From: Geosiphon pyriformis uo1
Taxonomy: Eukaryota > Fungi > Glomeromycota
Direction of reading: 5' to 3'
DNA length: 64,000 nucleotides
Assembly (NCBI GenBank): GCA_016748015.1
Contig: JAAOMT010000098.1
Coordinates: 338,190-402,189, forward strand
The notes under the pieces are model-generated. The model was not told the DNA's origin. It searched no databases and worked only from the letters and a program-made list of their open reading frames with translations. The first letter of the stretch is position 1. Every line of letters starts with the position of its first letter. Shown piece by piece: positions 22,952 through 35,600 of this stretch. Position numbers and translations under genes: made by a program.

Positions 22952-25100
22952 TTTCAGTAGAAACACCAACATATAAACTTAAAATCACAATTGACAGCTT
23001 GTCTTTAAAAAGGAGCTGAATAAAAACAAGATAACCAAGGATTTTTTCAACCTTAGAAACATGATGTACAAAAGAATTGTTCATAATAATTGTTACCTCA
23101 GCACCAAGAAATTCTTTGTCTAAGCCAGACAAAAATATCCTTAATCCTTTAAACTTGTTTATGATCTATGATCTAATACCAGACCTTAACTTTATTTTCA
23201 TAACAATAGAAATCATATTTCCCAATTTTATATGTTAATAAACAATGTCTTTCTACTTGGCAGAAATATTGAGATCCTAAACATTATATATAGCAAATTT
23301 TTACACCAAATTTGTTATTGAGAAGAATGAGCAACAAAAACCAAACCAACATTGTCTACTTTGGCCAATAAGCCCATAATTATAACTGACAGATTGTTTA
23401 AAATGTTTTCCAATTTTAAGATAACTAAAAGATCAAAAACTACTGCTCTTATAATAGTTTTATCACTAGTAGTCATATTCAAACTCTTACTCATTACTAT
23501 ATTTACTTCTTAATTTTGTAATAAAGAGATCATCAATAGTTGACATCCAAAGCTAAGCTGAGAAATCATTGGTTTAAGTGTGTCTAATTTCTTAGCCAAC
23601 TTATCAATGTATTTTGTGAAACTGGCAAGACTATTCTCAAGAATAACAAATCTATTATTTAATTTTATAGATATCAGCAGAGTAGATTTTATTTTCAAAG
23701 AGAAACCAGAATTAACCAAGTTATTTCATACAAGAAGAGGAGAAAAAGATGACTTACCAACAATCTTGGCCCAAAAAACACCACCAAAAAAAACAAAATG
23801 GGCAATTGGTACTGAATATTTAGTATAAATGAATGCCAGCCTGTTTTTATTACTCTTTAACAGCACTTTACAGAATGGGCTATCAGAAAAAGCCTTCTTA
23901 TTTACAAAACAGTCTAATAAAATATGATTCAACTTCTCATACTTAACACACTTTGCCAAACTTAAATAAAACCAGCACAAATTGGTATCTTTTAAAACAG
24001 ATATGGTTTCCATAACAGTATTTAACAACTCAACCGAATTAAAACAAATAACAATGCATCTGATCTGGACATATATAACAAAGTGATAATCAATGACACA
24101 TGTTTTCTCACTTACAGAACCAATAAAGTCTCAGATGTTATGAGTATTGGTGCTTATTAGTAGTATATAGAATAGCATTCTATGCTGATCTTTTGTATCT
24201 CATGATTCCTTGTCTAAATTTGTTTTAGCTATTCACATGGCATCTTTTTTAATCAAAATAGACTATCTAGAAGTGACCAAATTAACATGATCAATTTGTT
24301 CAAAATCTACTACAGTCTTTTGCCAAAAACTAATCAATTACATCTTAATTGATTTAATTATATCAAATTCAGATAGTACAGCATGCACAGTCTCAGCTAA
24401 AATACCAATTGAGATTTTTTTTAACACTACAGCCTGATCTGAATGTCCAATATATTTTTTGAGATTGATGTTTACCATAATCATTACTGCCTTTGTCATA
24501 TTAGAAGCTTGAGCCAAGCTAAATTTGGAAATAAATATAGCTCTAATGATTTCAGCAAATTTTGAGAGAATAGAGGTCTCCCTAAAACCATTGATTTTTG
24601 AAAACATTCTCTTGATTACTATTAGTTTTTCTTAAGAAGAATTTCCAATTATCTTATTTAAACTAATATTCAAAGCAAATGATTTTTTAACAGAAACATT
24701 AACCAAATTTTTCAAAAGAGAAAAAATGTCAGAGAAATGTCTAATAGGATATCATTATTATTATTACCCAAGAAATTAATCTTTTCTAAAGTCTTTTTTA
24801 AAGCTTTTTTGGTCTGTATATATAATTCTTTGGATGTTTGATTAAAATTTTCATCATTAAAAGCATTACCTTTACTATAGTCAAAACTGGTTTCCTTAAT
24901 TAGACACTTCTCTTTCATGTTAATATTATCTGACTTAGTGGTATTACCAGTTTTAAAACTCCATAAATAACCACCTAATTCTTTAAAAAAAACTTTTCTA
25001 TTACCAATACTATTCTCTAAAGTACTTTCTCTTTTTTTTTTCTAGATACAGCGAAATTGATACTAATACCAGAGCCAAAATCTTTGAAAGCTTTTTTCAT
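22952..25100 (-). pseudogene. LINE L1 ORF1 (RRM-like, CCHC remnant) and start of ORF2 (APE)
   Basis: VVLKKISIG..AVLSEFDIIKSIKM, SGLDKEFLGAEV..KDKLSIVILSLY; ORF1/ORF2 junction at 23315-23318. Confidence 0.8.
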
Positions 25101-25971
25101 GATAACAATATTAGGGCCAATAGTAATTTCATAATTAAGCAAAAACAGTTTGGATGTATTGTACTAAATTGTAAAAAACTTCTTTCAAAAAAACTTTTTA
25201 ACTCTTTTTTGAGAATTTGGGATAAAAAAAAGAAAGAATAAAACTTACACTAAATATAACAAATATATAATAAATAATTAATTTATAAATTAATACTATT
25301 AATTAATAAAATTAAGAATTTTATTAAATTTAAAAATTTTGGTAATTAAGTTTTTTGTATAATAAATATAGATTTAAGTGATAATAATTAACAACATTTA
25401 GTATTAAATTTTTTTGGCATAATAATTTGTTTATTCTAGTATTTTTTATTTTTTTAATAAATAATTTAATTATTAATAAGTTAATCATAAATTTATTTTT
25501 ATATTTTTTACCAAACAATTTTTAATCTTGTAATTTTAAAATTTTTTTTAATTAATTAATTTATTAAATAATAATACAAAAATAAATAAATAAAAAGTTA
25601 ATATTTTGTTAATAATTATAATTAAAAACTATTGTTTTAATATTATAAATAAATCTAGTTATAATAATTTGTTACATAAAACAACTTTAAAAATAGCTTT
25701 AATTAAGATTAGAAATTTTATTAAATTTTAAAAAAATAATATATAATAATAATATGTATTATTTATTTTTATTAGACAAATTAAAGTTAAATTATTAATT
25801 TTACTAAAAATAAATACAATATTTAATTATTCAATCTAAAAAAAAACTCTTTCTTTCATTGGTCCCCTGATCACAACAAAAGCATTGAGTCGTCACTAAA
25901 ATAGCCTTCCTTTTCCCTTTTCTCTTCACCTTTCTTCAGTTATTTCTTCAAACATTCCCCTTTTTGTTGCT

Positions 25972-27927
25972 ATGGAACCAGTGAGCTTTGCTGCTGGTAG
26001 TTCTGGGTCTGTTTTGACTGGGTTGGGGACCTGGTCTAGTGTCAAAAATAAGTGTTCGGTCGGTCCTCATTCTCGTGGTGTGTCCTATAAGAAGCCGAAG
26101 AAACCTGTGACAGTTGACGGATTGGTGGAGTTGTCTGTTGGTGTCTCAAACATTATGGATGAAAGTGGTAATGGACCTAACATTGAACAATCGTGGGCTC
26201 GCAAAGTCAACAGCAAAGTGGACAGTATGAGTGGCATCTCGGACTTGGATAACATGGAAAACGTCGTCACTGAGGAAACTTGCTATGCAGAGTCAGATGT
26301 TTTGGGTTTGAACGACAACATGAATGATGCCACGCCAAGAAAGATGCGTACCTGCACCTATGTTCTAAACAATAAGCCGCCACCTCTATCTTTCAACATT
26401 CCAAGTGATGGTAAGGATACTTTGCCTCTCCCGAGTCCCAAATTTTATGGATTCAATTGCCTTCCTCCAATTGGGTCACGTGCACCAGAGAAATGGAATT
26501 TTAATTTGTCAAAATTGTTTGCATTAGATATTGAGCTATCTGCTGTTCCTGACAAAACTAATATTGATAAATTGATCAGTTTGAAAAAAAATTTTTATCA
26601 CGTTGATGGGTTTGGGGGAGTCTCAACTCCCTCAAAATTCCCAGGAATCATCAGATTTTCATTTACATCTGAAATTAGTTTGAATAAGGCTAGAGAATTG
26701 GCAATAAGTGAGAAAATTTTAGTCAATGATAATCTGAGAAAATTAAGTGTCTGTTCAGATCGGGAAGTGATAGTCAAGGAGATCCCAGTGGATCTTCCCA
26801 AATTGGCAGTGGAGTCAGTTTTTTCCAAATTTGGCAAGATTGTTTTAATCAAAATGCAGCTGATTGGTCTCTGGCAAAAGACCTTGGTCGAATTTGAGTT
26901 ATCTGAAGTAACTAGTCTGGTTGCTTCTAAATGGTCGGTCTTCATGGAAAAAGATTCAGTGTGTGTGGTTTTGGCAATCAATGATAAACAAACGTGGGTA
27001 TTGAAAGATCAGCATCAGGCTTTGCTTTATACTCTTCCGGTTGGCACCAATGTTCATGACCTCTCCAATTTGTTGGAATCGTATGGTAAGAAGACTTGTT
27101 ACATTGGCCGTAATCTTAATTCGTATGTTTGTGATAGATGTGCTGTAATTTGTTTTGGTGATGAGGCGTCCAAGTTGGCTGCTATTGGTACAATTCCAGT
27201 TTTCAAAGGTGTAAGTTTGCGTTGGGTTGGTCTCTCTTTGGCCAGTTGCACTTGTTGTAAATGATATAGTCATGTTATGGTTGACTGTTCTTTGGGTGAG
27301 AATTCTGGTGCTTGTGAGAAGAGGGTGGTTTCTGATCAAGATTGGGTTCATCTGGCTGGAATATATAAGAAAAAGTTGGCTTCTATTGCTTGTCCAGTCT
27401 CATTTAGTGGTAAAACATGGGCCCAAGTTGCTGGTGGCTCTTCTTCTCGTGTGGTCCCCTCTGGTTTGGTTGGTGCTGATTTGCGTTCTGATTTGGTTCC
27501 CCCTTCAGTGACTACTGGTTCTCTTATCGTTTTTTATTTGAATGATCGGCTGGTAATTTTGAAGTGCTTTTTGGAGCTTTTGACTGACCATGTTTCTAGC
27601 ATTTTGGTTTGATTGGATTCCATTGGTTTGGTTCCTGCGGCGACCTCATCTCTGGGCTCTTCTCTTGCTGTGTCTGAGACTTTGTCTTCAGATGTAGATT
27701 CTGATATGGTTGTGGATACTGTTTTGGTCTCATCTGGTACTCCTCCCTCCATCAGTCATAATGCTGTTGTTAAGCTTAGCTCTAGTAGTTCCAAGATTTT
27801 CACTGCCAAAGTGGGTGGTTTGGAAACAAAATTGATTGCTTTAGAGACCTTAGTTGGTTCAGTTTTGGATAAGTTAAATATTCTGTGCTCTGGTTCGGAT
27901 TTGTCAGTTTCTCTGTTTTCTCAATGA
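25972..27927 (+). pseudogene. LINE L2 ORF1 (652 codons; two RRM-like domains, CCHC knuckle), 2 nonsense mutations
   Basis: EVIVKEIPVDL..FSKFGKI..LVEF; CTCCK*YSHVMVDC; ORF pieces all in one frame. Confidence 0.88.
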
Positions 27928-30900
27928 TTCACTTTATTTGGAATATTGTCACGTGTAATGTCAAAGGTATAAACAATTGTGCGAAGCAGGCAGACATTAT
28001 ACAATGACATAAGGATGTGAACAATCTGGTCTCTATTGTTACTGAAACAAAGTTAAGGGGTGTGATTCGTCTGTGGATTGCCGATAAGTTCAATGGCATT
28101 TGTGTCTTTACTTCTGGTCTGAATTCTGGTTACATGGGTTCTGGTATTGCAATAATTATAGACTCTTCTTTGGTAAAGCATGTGTGCAAGATTTCGGAGG
28201 TCTCTGGTCAGCTGTTATCAATAAGGCTGCTCTTTGAGAATAAACTTTCTGTGTCTATTTTGGGGCTGTATGCTGGTGCGTCTTCAGTGGTTCGGTTTTT
28301 TCAGGCTAGTGATATCAATTCTCTCGTTGCCAAAGTGGTAAATGAGACTTCTTTTGTCATTCTTGGTGGCGATTTCAATGAAGATGGATCTCATAAATGT
28401 GCCAGTTTTAGGAAGTGTTTTGATTTGGGTCTAGTCAACTCTCTGAGTGGAAGTGCTTTTGTGAAGTCACTAACATGGTGCAATTCTCGTGGTGTTGCCA
28501 AAACAATTGATTACGTGTTGGTTTCTTCTAGTCTAGTGAATGCGATTATAGATCGTGGTATGGTGGGTGTCGAGGATTTTTTTGATACTGATCATAGGGC
28601 TGTTTCAGTTTCTGTGAGTTTGGGTGGTTTGTTGGATGTGCAGCTACTGTTTCTGCACAAACAGGCCAACAAAAATTGTTGGAAGTTTGATGTCAAAAAT
28701 ACTAGTGAAGGGAAGTGATTGGAGTTTAAGAATGCTACAGCTGCTAATGCCTCTATGCTTTCAGATGCATTTGTTGCAGCTATGAAGTTTTTGGATAAGG
28801 ATGCAATGTGGGATGTTGTTTGCAGGATATTGATTCTCTCGGCTGGTGGGACATTCAGAAAAAAATAGTTCAAGGGTTATAATAGTGTTTTCAATAAGAT
28901 TTCTTCTAAGTTTCATAGACTGGAGCTGCTTGTGTCTAAGCTGGTTAAGGCCTCTTGTCTGAATTTTGGTGGGAATTTTGCTTCTTTGTTAAATACATGG
29001 GACAGACTTGACTCGGTTGGTGTCTCGCCAGTGAAGTCTCTCTTTCTTTTGGGTTCTGGTTTTGATGCTATTCGCTCTGAACTGGCTAAGGCAAGGAAAA
29101 TTTACCACTCTTTGAAGATGATGAAGTCTAAGCGTGCTGAGGAATCTCGTATTAGGCAGGTTATTAAGAGAAAGATAGAGAGTTTTGAAGTGGACAAGGG
29201 GTGTACCATCAGAAGTGTTCTGGAGCGTCTTTTCCATAAGGTGGTACTTGACCACTTAGTCACAGGTGATGAGTTGGTCCTGGAGCTGGATTTGGTTAAA
29301 TCTAAAGTCGATGAGATCATGGAAGGATGGACTAGGAAGTGTGTGGTGATGCAGGATATTTCTAATGACTGGGTGCGCCAATTTCAGTCTTTGAACTATG
29401 TCTTTGATGATGCCTTCTCTGAAGTAATGTGTTCAATTGGTTTTGATGAGTTGTTTGCTATTGTCTCTAATTTGTCTGATGGTAAGGCGGCTGGTCTTTC
29501 TGGTATCCCCAATGAGTTGTGGAAACACTGTGATAAAAAGGTTTTGGATATGCTCTTGTTATTGCTGAATTTTTGTTTGGAACATGAATCTGTACCTGAA
29601 CCTTGGAAGGAAGCTTGGGTGTCAATGATTCCTAAACCGTATGAATTGGAGAGAGTTCTTACGAATACCCATCCTATTGTATTGATTAAAACGGTTCACA
29701 AGATTCTTTCCAAGATTCTGTCAGACAGAATTTCTTTGGTCTGCAGCAGATTTGATGTTCTGCGTGGGAACAATTTCTCTGTATTAAAGGATATAATGAC
29801 ACAATCACCTATTTTCACCGTTAGTTCTGTGGTGGAAGATGCATTGGAAAAGGGCCGGGAACTGTGGCTGGTTTTGCAAGATATGTGAAAAGCATATGAT
29901 TCTGTTGGCTGGGTGCATCTCAGGAGAAGTTTGGTTAGAATTAAGATGTGTGACAGGTTTATTAGATTTTTTGACAACATTCACAATGGTCGCACCAACA
30001 GGGTGATGACAGATTTTGGTTTAACTGATAGTTACTGTGTTCACAATAGTCTGGACCAAGGGGAGGTTTTTTCGCCGCTTCTTTGGTGCATATTTTATGA
30101 TTCGCTTTTGTGTGAAGTCAAACGACAGGAAAGTGTGTATGGTTACAAGTTGAACTCTCATTTTATCTCCAAAACTGGCCGGGTGGAGCCTCAGGCCAGG
30201 CTGACATCATTTTTGGCTGCTGGTGCTTTTGTTGATGATACAATCTAAATTGGTGATAGCCAGGCTGCTACGCAGCACATCCTCAATGTTGCTAGTGAAT
30301 TTTTTAGGATTAATAACATTTCAATTAACAATGACAAGACTGTAGCCATCCCTATCAACAGCCAGATTGCGAATCCTTCTTTGACTATTAATGGCTCGCC
30401 TATTTCTATTGCCAAGAAGGGTGAGGCTCATCAATATCTGGGTATTTTTTTGTCTTCTGAAGGTCTTTGGAAGCCCAGTCTAGCTAAAGCTCACTCGAAC
30501 ATTCAGTTCCTTGTTAATCTTGTTCTAAGAAAGGCGATCTCGGATAAACAATTCGCATATTTGGCTTTTGCTGTTCTTTTGCCTATCATTAGCTACAAAA
30601 CTCAGTTCAGCTTTATTCCTGTTAGTGTGTGTAATAAGTGAGACTCTATGGTTCACAGATGCTTAAAGTTCAAGTCTGGGCTACCTCTTGACTTCTCCAA
30701 TGATGCGGTTTATCATCTGTCTTTGTACAATTTTAAAACTTTTGAACAGATTCAAGCTGAGAGTAAATTGGCTGCTGTTTTGGCTTTTGCAAATTCAGTT
30801 GGTATTTTGGGTTATTTGTTTTCTCACAGGTCTCATGATCTTCAGGCTCTCAGTTGGCATCCCTGTCACCCTTTGGCATTTCCAGCTCATGTTTGTGTCA

Positions 30901-32615
30901 GTTCCTCAAACAACTTTCTGTCAGGTGTGGTTTGTATTTTTTCTGGGTGTGACTTATCTTTGGGCAACTCTCTGACCAGCACTTTTCATCTCCGGGGTGG
31001 CACTCCTATGTCTATTGTTTTGGATGAGTTCAGGTTTCTCAGATGTGTCCCTTCACTCAAGTGCTATGGTATCGCTTTCGTGGAACAGCTTTGTAACAAA
31101 CATGGTGTTGCTTTCAGTTGGAAGACCTTCAAACGTTGGAAGAGACTGGATCCCCGTGGCTCAGTTTCTGTCTGGTTTGATATTTCTATTCGGTTTCTTG
31201 GTAGTATTATTTCTTCTTCTGTGTGCTCCTTCCCTGTAGGTAGTCACGCTTATCCTGATATTTGTCTTTCTCATAATTTTGGCATTGTTTGTGACAATTT
31301 GTTGGACATTGATGCTGCTGTTCACCTCTCTGTATATACGGATGAGTCTCTAAGTGGTTTGGGTACTGTTGGTATGAGGGCTGGTGCTGCTGTTTTCTTT
31401 GAGAACATTGATTTGGGGTTGGGTGTGAAGGTGTCTGGTTTGGTTTCTTCTACGTTTACGGAGTTGTAGGCCATTGCTTTGGCTCTCGAGTGTGTTCCCT
31501 CTTTTCATTTAGTGGATTTGTTCTCAGACAGCCAGGCTGCTTTGGATGCATGCAAATCCGAATTCCTACTAATTTGGCTGGACTTCAGGAATCGTTGTTG
31601 GGTTGAGTGCCACCACATTGCTAATGTCATTTGTGATAAAAATTTAGTTGTGAATTGGATCAAAGTGAAAGGTCATTCAGGTGTCTCTGACAACGAGCGT
31701 GCTGACTCACTCACGAGAGTCGCTGCTTCATCTTCTTGTTGGTTACCACACAGAGTTAATGAACATTTTTTAAGAACTGGTGACTCTGTCATTTCTGGTA
31801 ATTCAAGACATTTTGATCATGATATTTTCCAGTCGATTCATCAAGTGTGTTGGGAGGTTGAATCCGGTTTCCGAGTTTTGGTGAATAGTTTACAAGGTGA
31901 TGTTAATTGGGCCAGGTCTGTTTTGGTGTGGCACCCGGATTCTCACATGGCTGCTGGTTTCACTAGTTTGCGTACTGCTGGCTTTCGGACTTATTTCATG
32001 AAGGCTCTGCATCATCAGCTTCCTGTCATCGTGCATAAGTGTCTATATAATAGGCATTACCCCAGTGTAGTGTGCTTATTCTGTGGTAATGTTGAAGTTT
32101 CTGACCATGTTTTTTCCTGCCCCTTTGATGCTGTTGGCCGTGAGCATTTGATGGACACTTATGTGGCTGCTTGGGAAGCATGTTTTGGTTTATCTCGTTC
32201 TTCTTCGTGTGTTTCACAGTTTCTGTCTACTTATGCTTTGAATTGTGTGGTTGGGGTGGCACTGTGTAAAAGATTTGTTTTTAATGATTGGTATCATGAA
32301 TCTGTTTTTGTTTTTAAGGATCCCAGGGTGGCTGCTTGTAACTTGGTGTCTTTTGTGAGTGAGTTTTGTGCTGCTTTCTGGGATGAAATCTGGCTGGTTT
32401 GTGCAAGACATCAGGCTGTGATAGAAAAGGGTGGGCTAATTCCTCGTGATGGCTCTATTCTTGTCTCTGTTTCTGGTTTTTCTATGGGTCTTTTGGCAGG
32501 TGTTGTTAAATTATTAGGGATTGCTGATGCAATTGGCATTCATTTTGGGTTTCGTAGGTCCTGTTTGTTTTTTTCTGGTGTTTGTAAGGAGATGTCTGTT
32601 TGTATAAGTGCATAG
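27924..32615 (+). pseudogene. LINE L2 ORF2 (1564 codons): APE endonuclease - RT - RNase H - C-terminal Cys/His
   Basis: TCNVKG, ETKL, GGDFN, TIDY, DTDH; QDM*KAYDSV, QGEVFSPLLW, FVDD; VYTD, FSDSQA, VKGHSG..NERAD; CLFC..H..C; single frame with about 7 stops. Confidence 0.95.
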
Positions 32616-35600
32616 TGTTGTTCTGACTGGTCTGAGTGGCTGGTCACATGTAGAAAAAGCATGATTCACGCCTAGTTTAGATCATTTAATGATGTATTGC
32701 ACTAGGTAGTGTTTGGGCTTCACTCATTAAACATAATAAAAAAAATAAAAAAAAAGTTTTTTTTGAAAAAAGTTTTTACAATTCAGTACAATAAATTTAA
32801 ACTCTTTTTGCTTGATTATAAGGTCATTGTTGACTGTAGTATTGCTGTGATAAAAAAGTTTGTTGAAGGCTTTAGTATTGGTAGTAGTGAAAAAAATATT
32901 GTTTTTAGAAAAAAAAGAAAAGATGGTGTTCTAAAAGATAGTATTGCTCATAGAATAGTCTTGTCTAAAAAAACAGTTGATGATTCTTTGGGGTCTGAAG
33001 CTGGTAATACTACTGAATTTAATAGTGTTAATATGGAAAAAAAGTGTCTTATAGAAAAAACCAGTATAGATTATGGTGAGAAAAATTTGTTCATTGAAGA
33101 TAACTCCAATTAAACACCAAAAAATCCAAGATTGGTAACAAAAAAAGCTTTGAATATGCCATTAGGAAAAATCAATTTCTTAGATGATATTAATAATGAT
33201 GACATTTTTTTGGATGCTCTTATGATTTTTCTTTTTCTACTGAAAAATTTGGTCAATGTGTTTGTTAAGAAATTATTTGCTTTGGATATTGGTCTGGATA
33301 AAATTGCTGGAAAATTATCTTAAAAAAAGCTTGCAGTTGTTAGAAAGTTATTTTCAAAAATCAATAATTTTGGGAGAGTCTCTACCTCCTTAAAATTTAA
33401 TGGAATCATCCATGCTTCTTTTACTTTTGAATCTAGTTTAGCACAGACTATGGAAAAAACAAGAGTAGCAAATATTTTGGTAAACACCAATCTTAAAAAA
33501 TCCATGGTACATTTAAATCAGGCTGTAGTAGTAAAGAAAATTCCAGTTAGAACATTAGCTGAAGCTGTATATACTGTGTTATCCAAGTTTAAAATAATTA
33601 AGTTAATCAAGATACAATTGGTAGGACTGTGGCAGAAGACTGTAGTAGAATTTGAACAAGTAGATTAAGTTGATTTGACTGTTGTAAAATGGTCTATTTT
33701 AATCAGAAAAGATGTGATTTGTGTTGTTAAGACTGACATGAATAAAAAATTATGAGATGTAAGAAATAGTTATAAAGTATTATTATATACTTTACTAGTG
33801 AGAACAAATACACATAATATTTGGGACTTTATTGGATCAGTTGACAATAAGACTTGTGTTATTGATTACCACCTGGTCACATACACTTAATCTAGATGTG
33901 CTGTAATGTGTTTTGATTTTGCCAATTTATTTAAAGCTATTATGGAAATCATTTCAGTTTTAAAAGATGCTAATCTGCATTGGTCTTGACTGGGTTTCTT
34001 TAAATACACCAAGTATGAAAAAATAGGGCATACTTTATTGAACTGTACTTTTGGTAAGAAATTTTCTCTTGGTGCTCTTTCTCAAAAAGTGCTGTTTAAT
34101 GGAGATAAAAGCAGGCTGGCTTCTATTTATGCCAAATGCTTAGCTTCTATTGTACATTTTGTTTCTTTTGGTGGTGCTTTTTGAATAAAGATTGTTGGTG
34201 GGTTCTTCTTTTTATTTCTTTTTGTTCATAATAGTTTGGCTTATTTTGGTTCCTCTTTGAAAGTAAAACCTTTCTTGTCTGTTGTTGGTAAGTTAAAATT
34301 ATGTTTGGTAAACATTAAAAACAGTCTTATTAGCCTTGCAAGACAAATTAGTAAGTTGGCTAAGAGATTGGAGTCACTTGTGCTAATGGTTTTCCAGTCT
34401 AGCTCTGAATGTCAGCCATTGGTGACCCTCTTATCACAGAATCAGGTGGGCAATATAGTGATGGAAAAAAATTCAGGTAAAGTCATTAATGATAAAACTG
34501 TTATGGTTTTGGGCTTTTCTGCTCTCTTTAATATAGTGCAATTAGAAAACATACTAAAAGATCTCACTGTGTTAATGCTAAGTCTATTAAGACATTTCAA
34601 TAGTCTGATTTTGACTGGTAATGTAATTCTTAAAAACTTTTTTCAATGAGTAATCTGGTGTGGAAAATTGCCACATGCAATGTTAAAAATATGAACAATT
34701 CTGCAAAACAAGTTGATATTATTCATTGGTACAAAGACATGAACAATTTGGTTTCTATTATTATAAAAATAAAACTTAAAAGAAAAATTTGCTCATGGAT
34801 TGTAACAAATTTGATGGCATTCAGGTGTTTACTTCTGGTTTAGATTTTGGGTATCTGGATGCTGGGGTTATAATTGTCATGAACTCTTTCTTGATAAGAC
34901 ATGTGTATAAGGTTTTTGAGATACCTGATCAGCTTTTCTCTGTTAAGTTGCTTTTTAAAAATAAACTTTCTGTTTTGATTTTAGGGCTGTATGCTGGTGT
35001 TGTTCTGGTTGTTCATTTTTTTTAGGCTAATAAAGTCAATTTTTTGATTGCCAAAGCTGTGAATGAGTTTTTATTTGTTGTTTTGAGTGACAACTTCAAT
35101 AAAAATGGTTCCTGTAAGTGTGCTAATTTCAAAAAATGCTTTGATTTAGGTTTGATTAATTCTTTGAATAAGAGCTCATATGCAAAGGTGCCAACATAGA
35201 CTAATTTTTGGGGTGTTGTAAAAACAATCAATTACATATTTGTTTCCTTAAGTTTGGTTAATGTTGTAATGAGTTGTAATATAATTAATATCAATGAATA
35301 TTTTAACATTAATTACTAAGCTGTTTCTGTTTTTGTGAGTTTAAGAGGTTTTTTGGATATATAACTAAACTCTATATGCAAGCAGGTAAATAAAAATTGT
35401 TGAAAGTTTGATGTTAAAAATGCTGATAAGGTGAAATGGAACAATTTTAAAGATGCTATGGCAGTCAATGCTACAATGTTCTCTGATAATTTTGCCACAT
35501 CTAAGAAATTCTTGAACTTGGATGCAATGTAAAATGCTGTTTGCAAAATTATAACTCTGTCTGCTGATAGGACATTTAAGAAAAAGTGGTTCAAGAGCTT

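Larger units (their letters stand above)
1..25250 (-). mobile_element. LINE (APE-RT-RNase H non-LTR retrotransposon) copy L1, decayed, 3' part runs off window start, interrupted by gypsy A (2879-22947)
   Basis: Minus-strand fragments match ORF2 of the intact-frame copies (LSRDFNEN APE motif, KAAGIFGILNELWKH, SEFFLINNISINTDK, YDLKTFEQV). ORF1 fragments lie at 23315-25100. The reading frame rejoins across the gypsy insertion as GVSTETRFDQ (cf. GASSGARFGQ in L4). The 5' UTR matches L5. Confidence 0.9.
25845..32755 (+). mobile_element. LINE copy L2, full length
   Basis: Pyrimidine-rich 5' UTR shared with L4, ORF1, ORF2, conserved 3' UTR and A-rich tail. Confidence 0.95.

Noticed and set aside
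27924-32615. Alternative genetic code (TGA=Trp) explaining in-frame stops
   Set aside because: Stops include TAG and TAA, replace W, Q and R, and mostly differ in position among copies.
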